31,063 nt of DNA from an uncultured archaeon. GTDB lineage: Archaea; Iainarchaeota; Iainarchaeia; Iainarchaeales; Iainarchaeaceae. Each line of letters starts with the position of its first letter. Position 1 is the first letter of the stretch. The stretch is from contig CAZNZM010000011.1 in assembly GCA_964577555.1 (NCBI GenBank), positions 1 to 31,063 of the forward strand, written 5' to 3'. This document shows positions 24,039 to 31,063 of this stretch, one piece after another. The notes beneath the pieces were generated by a model that saw nothing but the letters and a program-made list of their open reading frames with translations, was not told the DNA's origin and did not search any database. A program made the position numbers and the translations under genes.

Positions 24039-24702
24039 TAACACCACCAAAAACCGTTAAGGCAATGGTTTCTTTTGCAGACAAGGCAATTTTTGCGGGA
24101 CAAGTTTCTTTGGTTTCATTTGAAGAAAGAAACTTTTTATAAGCAGACAATTTCGAGCTTGAAGCAAAAAGAAGCAATATTGAATCAGCATTTGAAATTG
24201 TTTGGGTTGAAAGAGTTATTCTTTGCTTAGGCGGCTTTGGAGAATTGCCAACATATACATAGCCGTCTTTTTTGTATTTTAGGGTTTTTGAACCTGGAAA
24301 AAGAGAAGCTATGTGGCAATCTTCCCCAACACCCAAAATCACCAAATCAAGTTTTCCTTTTGTAATTTCAAGAAACTTTTTGTTGTAATCATCAAGTCCT
24401 TTTGAAGGCTCAAACCTGTAAGCATTGGCGTTTTTTATTTTTGAAAAGAGGAGGCTATCAGCCTGAAAATAATTTGATTCGGTGCTTTTCATGTCCACTA
24501 TTCTTTCATCAGCCATAAAAATATTTACTCCCAACCAATTTATTTTTGAATGTGAAATTTTTTCAAGCAAGCCTTTTACAGAAGTGCCTCCGGAAATAGC
24601 CATTGAAAAAGGCCTTTTTCCAGAGTTTATTTTGTATGCAATAATTTCAGCTGCTTTTAGGCTAATTTCATCATAATTTTTGCAATCAATTATTTCAAGC
24701 AT
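24028..24702 (-). CDS. pgl: 6-phosphogluconolactonase
   Basis: FSMAISGGTSV, NIFMADERIV, LDLVILGVGEDCHIASLFPG match the Pgl/NagB-fold lactonase family. The ATG at 24702 (MLEIIDCKNY...) has TTTTATAA 22 nt upstream. Confidence 0.85.
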   Translation of the reverse strand: MLEIIDCKNYDEISLKAAEIIAYKINSGKRPFSMAISGGTSVKGLLEKISHSKINWLGVNIFMADERIVDMKSTESNYFQADSLLFSKIKNANAYRFEPSKGLDDYNKKFLEITKGKLDLVILGVGEDCHIASLFPGSKTLKYKKDGYVYVGNSPKPPKQRITLSTQTISNADSILLLFASSSKLSAYKKFLSSNETKETCPAKIALSAKETIALTVFGGVNAK

Positions 24703-24790
24703 AACAAAATTGAGCCATATTTTTTTATAAAACAAAGAGAAAAGCAAAAATTCATTTTATTGAAGTTTTTAATTTGACAAAATAACAAAA

Positions 24791-25252
24791 TTAATTTTCA
24801 AATAGTTTTTTGCCTTCGCTTTCAAATATTTTTTTGGCGGAAGTAAAAGCAAGCGCAAATGCATCATTCTGGTCTTTTGCTCCTTTAAACCCATGTCCGC
24901 CAAAATTTTTCATCCCTTTGGACTTGTAAAATGAAAATGCTGTTTGAGCTATAATTTCAAAAGACTCTATTTCCTCTTTTGTAAGTGGCCTCTTTTCATT
25001 TTTTCCGGGATCCAAAACCCTCATTTTTGCCAATCTGTTTATGAACTCTTTTGCAATAGAGTAAGCTTCTTTTGTTTGTCCCTTTCCGTTACTTTCAAAC
25101 AATTTCAAAAGAAAATCAACCATGCCATTAAAAACTTTCAAATGAGATTCATTAATAGCAGGATTGTTTTTTTTCAAACTGGCAATTGCACTTTGCCTCA
25201 AAACGCTTTTTTTATTATCTTTGTTTCGCGTGTTGTTTGCATTTTTTTTCAT
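24791..25252 (-). CDS. Hypothetical protein (about 153 aa, Lys-rich N-terminus, predicted helical) embedded in the pentose-phosphate cluster
   Basis: The ORF has host-like codon usage (TTG/CTT Leu). The ATG at 25252 (MKKNANNTRNKDNKK...) is preferred because the longer ORF-track version overlaps the gnd 3' end, and an AATAAATA-like element lies about 24-26 nt upstream. I recognised no family. Confidence 0.55.
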   Translation of the reverse strand: MKKNANNTRNKDNKKSVLRQSAIASLKKNNPAINESHLKVFNGMVDFLLKLFESNGKGQTKEAYSIAKEFINRLAKMRVLDPGKNEKRPLTKEEIESFEIIAQTAFSFYKSKGMKNFGGHGFKGAKDQNDAFALAFTSAKKIFESEGKKLFEN

Positions 25253-25304
25253 GAAAATTAGCACGACAAAAACAAATTTATTTATTTGGTTTTCAAAAAA
25301 AAAA

Positions 25305-26207
25305 TCATTTTTTAATATTTGGCTCTTGATGACCCCCAAACTCATGCCTTAATGCGGACACTACTTTAGATGAAAAATCAGGTTTTTTCATGGATTTTTT
25401 TCTTGCTTTCAAAGCCACTTCCAAAGAAGGCAATTTCAAACCATGTTTTTTTGCGGTTAAAATAGTCCATTTGCCAGTTTCTCCGCCACCTATACGCCCC
25501 TCAAATTTTAAGAGTTCAGGATCTTCTTTCAGCGAACGCGCAAGCAAATCAACAAGCCAGCTCCTTATTACCGAACCATTTTTATATACTTTAGTTACTT
25601 CCCTTAAATCAAATTTGAAGTCGCTTTTTTCAAGGAGCATATAACCTTCTCCAAGAGCTTGAAGAAAACAATATTCAATTCCATTATGAACCATTTTGGC
25701 AAAGTGGCCGGCTCCAACAGGACCCAAAAGAGCATAACCATCTTTTACTGCCAAAGCCTTGAATACAGGTTCAACTTCATCAAATACATCTTTATCGCCT
25801 CCAACCATTATTGAAGAACCATTAATTGCACCTTCAAGTCCTCCAGATATGCCTACATCTAAAAATCTTATGCCGTTCTCTTGAAGTTTTTTTGCCCTTG
25901 CAATTGAATCTTCATAAAACGAGTTTCCGGAATCAATTAGTATATCACCTTTTCCAATATAAGGAGTCAAATTAGAAATTACTTCATCCACTGGCTTGCC
26001 ATGGGTAACCATAATAAAAATAATTTTTTTTTCAGGCAACTTAGAACAAAAATCTTGGTAAGAAAACGTTTCAATGGCGCCCTTTTCAGCAAGCGGTTTC
26101 ATTGACAATGGATTTCTAGCATAAACAACAACTTCAAAGCCATGCAAAAGCAGGCGCTCAACCATGCGAGAACCCATTTTTCCCAAACCAATAAAACCTA
26201 TTTTCAT
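25305..26207 (-). CDS. gnd: 6-phosphogluconate dehydrogenase (decarboxylating), short ~300-aa form
   Basis: Rossmann motif MKIGFIGLGKMGSRMVERL. GISGGLEGAINGSSIMVGG. GAGHFAKMVHNGIEYCFLQALGEGY. The ATG at 26207 is preferred over the GTG at 26216. Confidence 0.85.
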   Translation of the reverse strand: MKIGFIGLGKMGSRMVERLLLHGFEVVVYARNPLSMKPLAEKGAIETFSYQDFCSKLPEKKIIFIMVTHGKPVDEVISNLTPYIGKGDILIDSGNSFYEDSIARAKKLQENGIRFLDVGISGGLEGAINGSSIMVGGDKDVFDEVEPVFKALAVKDGYALLGPVGAGHFAKMVHNGIEYCFLQALGEGYMLLEKSDFKFDLREVTKVYKNGSVIRSWLVDLLARSLKEDPELLKFEGRIGGGETGKWTILTAKKHGLKLPSLEVALKARKKSMKKPDFSSKVVSALRHEFGGHQEPNIKK

Positions 26208-26234
26208 AAAAACCACTTGAATAATTATTGAAAA

Positions 26235-27053
26235 CTAAACAAGCCTTTTGAATTCTTCAGGCGTATCTTTTGTAAATTTTTCCATTCCTTGGCTTGTAAG
26301 CTTGTGTCTCATAATTTCTCTGAACGTATTAAAACCAATTGTAGAAATTGAAGCTCCTGCAAGCGCCGCTTCCCTCACTTGCCGTGCATTCCTCATTGAA
26401 GCGGCAAGAACTTCCGTTTTTATCCCGTAATTCCTAAAAATTATTACTGTTTGCCTTACAAGGTCTATTCCTGAAACAATGCCATTATCATCAACTTGTT
26501 TCCAGTTTTTTTGAATTCCTTCTTGGGGAAAATAATCACTTTTATCAAAACTCCAGCCTGCTTCTTTTCTAAGCATATCATCTATCCTTCCGCAAAAAGG
26601 ACTGACAAATTTTGCCCCAGCCTTTGCGGCCACCAATGCTTGTTCTGGAGTAAAAACCAAAGTACAATTAACAGGGATTCCTGCTTTGCTCAATTCCTTT
26701 ATCGCTTTTATTCCCTCAAATTCTTTTCCAGTTTCTTCAGTAAAACTTGGGTTTACAGGCACCTTAATATAAACGTTTTTGGCTATTGGATTGAATTTTT
26801 TGTAAAGAGCCTTGCCTTGTTCAATCATTCCTTTTGCATCCAATTCTGTGACTTCAAGACTTACTGGAGTTCCTTCAGCAATTTTCAAAACCTTTGAAAT
26901 ATAACTTTCCAAACTTATCCTTTTGTCACTTTCTTTAAGCTTGTCAACTGCGTCTTTTACAAGCGAAGGATTCATTGTTATGCCATCACAAACCCCTGCA
27001 TTATAAACTTGTTCAATTTCAGACAATATTGCAGAATCCAAAAAAAGTTTCAT
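26235..27053 (-). CDS. tal: Transaldolase / fructose-6-phosphate aldolase family protein
   Basis: MKLFLDSA...GITMNPSL. Schiff-base Lys context YIKVPV. NCTLVFT. FVSPFCGRIDD. It is longer (272 aa) than the minimal ~220-aa subfamily. Confidence 0.85.
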   Translation of the reverse strand: MKLFLDSAILSEIEQVYNAGVCDGITMNPSLVKDAVDKLKESDKRISLESYISKVLKIAEGTPVSLEVTELDAKGMIEQGKALYKKFNPIAKNVYIKVPVNPSFTEETGKEFEGIKAIKELSKAGIPVNCTLVFTPEQALVAAKAGAKFVSPFCGRIDDMLRKEAGWSFDKSDYFPQEGIQKNWKQVDDNGIVSGIDLVRQTVIIFRNYGIKTEVLAASMRNARQVREAALAGASISTIGFNTFREIMRHKLTSQGMEKFTKDTPEEFKRLV

Positions 27054-27077
27054 AAATTAAAAAAGACCTACAAAAAG

Positions 27078-27085
27078 ATTAAATA
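27078..27085 (+). promoter_or_regulatory. TATA-like box (ATTAAATA) 23 nt upstream of ORF 27109; the same A/T block may serve divergent tal
   Basis: attaaata lies at 27078-27085, followed by 23 nt before the ATG at 27109. The intergenic region between the divergent starts is 55 bp. Confidence 0.4.
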
Positions 27086-27108
27086 ATAATTTACAAAATT
27101 AAAATTAT

Positions 27109-27642
27109 ATGGTAAAAGCAATAGTTAAATGGCTAAAAGATTACGATTTAAGACCAGACTACCCTAAAGTGGAAACAATAAAAGAACTTACTGAACTTGT
27201 CACAAAAATTAAAGCAAATGAATTAAGAGATTATTTAAAAATTGAAATGCCTGAAGGAGAAAAAAATAAACCATTATATACAATACTATTAGAAAATGAA
27301 AAAGGATATAAAATAGGAAAATTGTCAAAAGAAATGAGAGACTTGTTCAAAGCTGTTTTTAGAGCGCTTATTACTTTTTCCATAGATGTTGCTATTAAAA
27401 ACAATTTTCATAGCAATAGAGAAAAATTAAACGCCTTTTATGCGCTTTTTTCCAAGTTTATTGACCAATCAAACATTACCTCATTATATTATCAAAGAGG
27501 ATTAGAAAAACATTCTATTAGAATATATTTTCTTTCAGGAGAAAATAACCCAAGACGAACAGGTAGAAGACCAGCAAATAAATTTGGAAAACCATCAGGA
27601 AAGTGGACGTTATGGCACCTCACACACCGACGCCCACAATAA
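27109..27642 (+). CDS. Hypothetical protein, orphan, codon-atypical, with a basic C-terminal tail
   Basis: A 177-aa ORF with a well-placed TATA-like box. I recognised no family. Leu codons are dominated by TTA (about 9 of 18 by my count), unlike the TTG/CTT preference of neighbours. The C-terminus is NNPRRTGRRPANKFGKPSGKWTLWHLTHRRPQ. Confidence 0.5.
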   Translation: MVKAIVKWLKDYDLRPDYPKVETIKELTELVTKIKANELRDYLKIEMPEGEKNKPLYTILLENEKGYKIGKLSKEMRDLFKAVFRALITFSIDVAIKNNFHSNREKLNAFYALFSKFIDQSNITSLYYQRGLEKHSIRIYFLSGENNPRRTGRRPANKFGKPSGKWTLWHLTHRRPQ

Positions 27643-27667
27643 ATCAAGGCTTATTAAATAAAAAAAA

Positions 27668-28276
27668 TTATTTCAATGCTGACTTGTAAAGCTCTTCAAC
27701 TTTTGCCCAGTTAATTACGGAGAAAAATTGTTCCAAATAATCTGCACGCCTGTTTTGATACTTCAAATAATAAGCGTGTTCCCAAACATCTACTCCTAAT
27801 ATTGGGGTTTTGCCTTGCGAAACAGGATTATCTTGGTTTGGCGTGGAAACAACTTCAAGTTTTCCGTTTGAGACAACCAACCAAGCCCAGCCAGAACCGA
27901 ACTGGTTCAAGCCTGCGCTTTTGAACTTTTCCCTGAACAAATCAAAAGAACCAAAATTTTTCGTTATAGCATCTGCTATTTTGCCTTTTGGAGTTCCACC
28001 GGCTTTTGGCGCCATCATTTCCCAAAACAACGAATGATTATAATGCCCCCCTCCATTGTTGCGAACAGTTGTTCTAATATCTTCTGGAATCTTGTTCAAA
28101 TCTTTTAAAATATCTTCAATTTTCATTTTTTCAAATGGTTTTCCTGCAACTGCGGCATTGAGTTTGTCAACATATGCTTGGTGATGCTTGTCATGATGTA
28201 TTCTCATTGTTTGTTCATCAATATAAGGTTCTAATGCATTATAATCGTATTTAAGTTTTGGAACTTCAAATGGCAT
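27668..28276 (-). CDS. sod: Superoxide dismutase, Fe/Mn family
   Basis: [31 protein letters not shown] and the C-terminal metal-ligand motif [15 protein letters not shown]. 202 aa. Confidence 0.93.
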   Translation of the reverse strand: MPFEVPKLKYDYNALEPYIDEQTMRIHHDKHHQAYVDKLNAAVAGKPFEKMKIEDILKDLNKIPEDIRTTVRNNGGGHYNHSLFWEMMAPKAGGTPKGKIADAITKNFGSFDLFREKFKSAGLNQFGSGWAWLVVSNGKLEVVSTPNQDNPVSQGKTPILGVDVWEHAYYLKYQNRRADYLEQFFSVINWAKVEELYKSALK

Positions 28277-28423
28277 TAAAATTACCCCCCTATAAATTTC
28301 TAATCAATAAAAGCATTTTAAAATATAAGCAAACGTTAAAACACAAAAAAAATATTTTTTGGAATATTTTTGACGACCAAGTCATAAAAAAATAATTAAA
28401 ATTTTGTTTTATAAGACTTGATT

Positions 28424-28864
28424 TTACAATGTTGTTTGCCAGCTTCTTAGGTTCAAATACCTTTTTAATTCAGCTTTGACGTTTTGCGAACAAACGTGGT
28501 CATGATGACGAAATCCGCCTCCAAAAGTTTTTGGAATATGCATCAATTCGTGTATTATTGTTTCTATCTTGTCATTTTCTGACTGCTTGTCAAATTTTTC
28601 AGAAATCAGTTCTATTACATAAAAACTCTTTTTCTGTCCCATTCCAAGCATCATGACTTTGCCTATACAATGTATTCTTGCTATCGTTCTTTTGGTTTTA
28701 GAACCGAAAGATCTGACAACTGAAAGCCTGTCAGGTATTACCCAATTGTAACCAAGCTTTAATGCGATTTCTTTGGCTTTTTCCGTCCAAGCATGGTCAT
28801 AACAATATTTCATGGAATTAAGTTGCTCTATACTTAATAAATTACTTTTTGTTGGTGATTTCAT
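28424..28864 (-). CDS. Small predicted zinc metallopeptidase (HExxH; SprT-like / COG4900-like)
   Basis: IIHELMHIPKTFGGGFRHHDH contains HExxH plus downstream His candidates. Its 146-aa size and the upstream pattern RIHCIGKVMMLG...YVIELISEKF resemble archaeal 'predicted metallopeptidase' proteins. Confidence 0.65.
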   Translation of the reverse strand: MKSPTKSNLLSIEQLNSMKYCYDHAWTEKAKEIALKLGYNWVIPDRLSVVRSFGSKTKRTIARIHCIGKVMMLGMGQKKSFYVIELISEKFDKQSENDKIETIIHELMHIPKTFGGGFRHHDHVCSQNVKAELKRYLNLRSWQTTL

Positions 28865-28866
28865 TT

Positions 28867-29496
28867 ATGGAAAAAAAATTTGAAAAAATTCTTTTTGAAT
28901 TAAAAAAACTTTATCCTAATAATGGCACTGCCCTCAAATTTAGTTCGAATTTTCAACTTGCTGTGGCTGTTATTCTTTCAGCCCAATGTACGGATAATAG
29001 GGTTAATAGCGTTACAAAAGTGCTTTTCAAAAAACTTAAAACTCCAAAAGACTTTGCAAATGCAAGCCAAAAGGATTTGGAAAAACTTATTTACAGCACA
29101 GGATTTTACAGGGCCAAAGCAAAAAACATAAAGGCAATGGCAAAAAAAATAATTGAAAATTATGAAGGAAAATTGCCTAACTCAATGGAAGAACTTGTAA
29201 AGCTCCCAGGCATCGGGAGAAAAACAGCCAACATAATTTTAAGTGAAGGATTCGGCTTGGTTGAAGGAATTGCTGTTGATACACACGTAAAAAGGCTTTC
29301 CCAGAGAATTGGTTTGAGCAAGAACAAAACCCCTGAAAAAATAGAAGTTGATCTTATGAGAATATTTCCAAAAAAAGAGTGGAGATTCATTTCAAATGCA
29401 TTAATCATGCATGGCAGAAGAATTTGCTCAGCCAGGAAACCGAAATGCGGAAAATGCAGTCTTAATAATATTTGCGAAAGCGCGTTCAAAATATAG
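28867..29496 (+). CDS. nth: Endonuclease III (DNA glycosylase/AP lyase)
   Basis: Helix-hairpin-helix LVKLPGIGRKTANIIL, catalytic region VDTHVKR, and 4Fe-4S loop CSARKPKCGKCSLNNIC (C-x6-C-x2-C-x5-C). The ATG at 28867 is preferred. Confidence 0.92.
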   Translation: MEKKFEKILFELKKLYPNNGTALKFSSNFQLAVAVILSAQCTDNRVNSVTKVLFKKLKTPKDFANASQKDLEKLIYSTGFYRAKAKNIKAMAKKIIENYEGKLPNSMEELVKLPGIGRKTANIILSEGFGLVEGIAVDTHVKRLSQRIGLSKNKTPEKIEVDLMRIFPKKEWRFISNALIMHGRRICSARKPKCGKCSLNNICESAFKI

Positions 29497-29524
29497 GTTG
29501 CTTCACTTTTTTTGAACCAAAAGA

Positions 29525-29532
29525 ATTTAAAT
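29525..29532 (+). promoter_or_regulatory. TATA-like box (ATTTAAAT) 23 nt upstream of the DUF1858-IscA gene
   Basis: atttaaat lies at 29525-29532, followed by 23 nt before the ATG at 29556. Confidence 0.45.
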
Positions 29533-29555
29533 AGTCTTAACACGAGTTAATAATT

Positions 29556-30107
29556 ATGAACAAGAAAATGGAAAAACCTGCAGTTACCAAGGATATGACA
29601 ATTGGCGAAGTTGTTGCAAAATATCCTGAAAGTGCCGAGGTAATGTTGGCTTATGGCTTACATTGCATTGGTTGTCATGTGAATCCTTATGAGAGCATTG
29701 AAGCCGGGGCATATGGGCATGGAATGAGTCCTGAAACCATTGAAAAAATGGTTAATGAAATCAACGAGGCAATCAATCCACAAAACAGCGAAAAAGAAAT
29801 AATAATATCAACTCCTGCAGCCGACAAATTCAAAGAGTTAATGGAAAAAGAAAATAAAAAAGGTTGGGGGCTAAAACTTATTGTTGAATCGCAAGGCTGT
29901 AATGGAATGTCTTATTCAATGGACTTTGCAGAAAAACCAGAAGATAGCGAAACAACTTTAAGCGATAATGGTTTGAATGTTTTTGTTCAAAAATCCCAAT
30001 TGAACCTCGTAAAAGGAATCAGAATTGACTATTCAAAAAGCCCTACAAGCGAAGGATTTAAAATAAAAAACCCAAACAAAGGAATTTGCGGATGCGGCGG
30101 CCATTAA
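29556..30107 (+). CDS. Fusion protein: DUF1858 (hybrid-cluster-protein-associated redox disulfide domain) plus HesB/IscA-type Fe-S carrier domain
   Basis: N-terminal MTIGEVVAKYPESAEVMLAYGLHCIGCH matches the DUF1858 pattern. The C-terminal half has IscA-type Cys residues (SQGCNGMSYSMDF and terminal ICGCGGH). Confidence 0.75.
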   Translation: MNKKMEKPAVTKDMTIGEVVAKYPESAEVMLAYGLHCIGCHVNPYESIEAGAYGHGMSPETIEKMVNEINEAINPQNSEKEIIISTPAADKFKELMEKENKKGWGLKLIVESQGCNGMSYSMDFAEKPEDSETTLSDNGLNVFVQKSQLNLVKGIRIDYSKSPTSEGFKIKNPNKGICGCGGH

Positions 30108-30125
30108 AACAACTATTGTATTATT

Positions 30126-30971
30126 ATGCCGATACAAATTATTTCTGAACCGGAAAAAGAACCTGAAAAGAATAACATTCAAAAAAATGAAAAATCTGAA
30201 GCAAGACAAAATCATACTGGCAATCCTTTTATTGCGCAAAGAAAAGCTGTCGAAGACAATTTAAAATATGTCAAAAAAATAATTGCAATACACTCTGGAA
30301 AAGGCGGGGTTGGAAAAAGCACTTTTGCAGTAAACTTGGCTGCAACTCTGACAAAACTTGGTTTTAAAGTAGGTTTATTAGATGCTGATGTTGATTGTCC
30401 TTCATGCTATAAATTGCTCAACATAAACAAAAGAGTGAAAATAGAAAATAAATTGTTTCAACCTATTGACGCATACGGAATAAAAGTTTTGTCAATAGGA
30501 AACATGGTTGAAAACGAGACAAAAGCAAATGTAATGCGTGGTCCAATTATGTTCAAGCTTGTGTTTGAAATGCTGGCAAATACAAATTGGAATAACTTGG
30601 ATTATCTTTTGATTGATTTGCCTCCAGGCACTGGCGATAATCCTTTGACAATAATGCAAATTTGTCCATTATATGGTTTAATAATTGTTACACAACCACA
30701 ATCCCTTGCAATTGTCGATGCACAAAAATCTGCAAACATGGCGTCAACAATGAACATTCCTGTTATTGGATTAGTTGAAAACATGGCCGGCGACATTTTT
30801 GGAACAGCCGATTTGGATAAAATATCAGAATCACTCCACACTATTTCTTTGGGTTCTATTCCACTGAAAAAAAACATAAGAGAAAGCTCTGAAAAAGGAG
30901 TGCCAGCGGTTTTTGAAGACAAAGAACTATTGGAAATATTCAAAACAATAATTCAAAACGCGGCAATATGA
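30126..30971 (+). CDS. mrp: Mrp/NBP35/ApbC-family P-loop ATPase (Fe-S cluster carrier-like)
   Basis: Deviant Walker A SGKGGVGKST, GLLDAD, LLIDLPPGTGD, GLVENM. There is a disordered Lys/Glu-rich N-terminal extension of about 50 aa. Confidence 0.85.
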   Translation: MPIQIISEPEKEPEKNNIQKNEKSEARQNHTGNPFIAQRKAVEDNLKYVKKIIAIHSGKGGVGKSTFAVNLAATLTKLGFKVGLLDADVDCPSCYKLLNINKRVKIENKLFQPIDAYGIKVLSIGNMVENETKANVMRGPIMFKLVFEMLANTNWNNLDYLLIDLPPGTGDNPLTIMQICPLYGLIIVTQPQSLAIVDAQKSANMASTMNIPVIGLVENMAGDIFGTADLDKISESLHTISLGSIPLKKNIRESSEKGVPAVFEDKELLEIFKTIIQNAAI

Positions 30972-31063
30972 AAATTCAAAAATATTCCATTAAAACAACT
31001 TTATCAAAAAAAAAAATCGGCTCACAAAAATAATGGATTTTAAAAAACTCAACCAGCCAAAAA

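Noticed and set aside
28285-28290. A C6 run (G6 on the coding strand) 8 nt upstream of the sod ATG, which might be a Shine-Dalgarno element or a sign of recent bacterial origin.
   Set aside because: It is a single short homopolymer. It is plausible as a ribosome-binding site on a leadered transcript, but not distinctive enough to support a transfer claim without phylogeny.
1-31063. An apparent strand-dependent codon style. Plus-strand alaS, leuS and pepA favour T-ending codons (ATT, ACT, GTT). Minus-strand argS, RSH and the permease favour ATA, ACA, AAC and GAC. Plus-strand genes after ~27 kb look intermediate. This hints at replication-associated skew and perhaps a skew switch.
   Set aside because: It is based on eyeballed codon tallies of a few genes. 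zwf and sod gave mixed signals. Cumulative GC/TA-skew computation over the whole contig is required before any origin or terminus claim.
1-31063. A search for CRISPR repeats, IS elements or transposases, integrases next to the tRNA genes, toxin-antitoxin pairs, restriction-modification systems or other known defence genes.
   Set aside because: I found no spaced direct repeats, terminal inverted repeats, recombinase or nuclease motifs, or duplicated tRNA 3' halves when reading both strands. The window looks like core chromosome, with at most two small foreign-looking ORFs.
31033-31063. A possible start of another plus-strand gene (ATG GAT TTT AAA AAA CTC AAC CAG CCA AAA) at the window edge.
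   Set aside because: Only 10 codons are visible, which is too little to support a call.

Overview
AT-rich, densely coding chromosomal segment. It is best explained as a small-genome archaeon, probably a DPANN-like lineage, though that placement is inference. Evidence for archaeal origin: archaeal-type alaS and leuS; three tRNA genes, two with bulge-helix-bulge introns at position 37/38; and A/T-rich TATA-like 8-mers at a near-constant 21-23 nt upstream of many ATG codons, which suggests leaderless mRNAs. I support 30 protein-coding genes, one interrupted small ORF and 3 tRNAs. They are: a 5'-truncated surface protein, alaS, leuS, a compact long-RSH (Rel/SpoT-type) gene, argS directly behind tRNA-Arg(UCU), two tandem SPFH/stomatin genes, two membrane proteins of unknown function (one with an extreme His/Asp/Glu-rich N-terminus), tRNA-Leu(GAG), a lipobox-bearing SlyD-like FKBP, a HIT protein, a four-gene operon (MacB/LolD-like ABC ATPase, COG1361-like surface protein, FtsX/MacB permease, PadR) behind tRNA-Ser(UGA), rpe, M17 aminopeptidase, a bacterial-type oxidative pentose-phosphate cluster (tal, gnd, unknown ORF, pgl, zwf), a codon-atypical orphan ORF, Fe/Mn SOD, a small HExxH metallopeptidase head-to-head with nth, and an Fe-S carrier pair (DUF1858-IscA fusion plus Mrp/ApbC-like ATPase). 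I saw no rRNA, CRISPR array, transposase, integrase or recognisable defence genes. The most interesting items are: (1) the long-RSH alarmone-type enzyme in an archaeal aminoacylation neighbourhood, with intact hydrolase motifs and apparently eroded synthetase motifs; (2) tRNA-Arg(UCU) that carries a G3:U70 pair and lies 22 nt upstream of argS; (3) the complete bacterial-type oxidative PPP with an embedded unknown gene; (4) the ABC operon with a COG1361-type surface protein in the adaptor position. All family assignments rest on motifs read by eye from the supplied translations. No database search was run.
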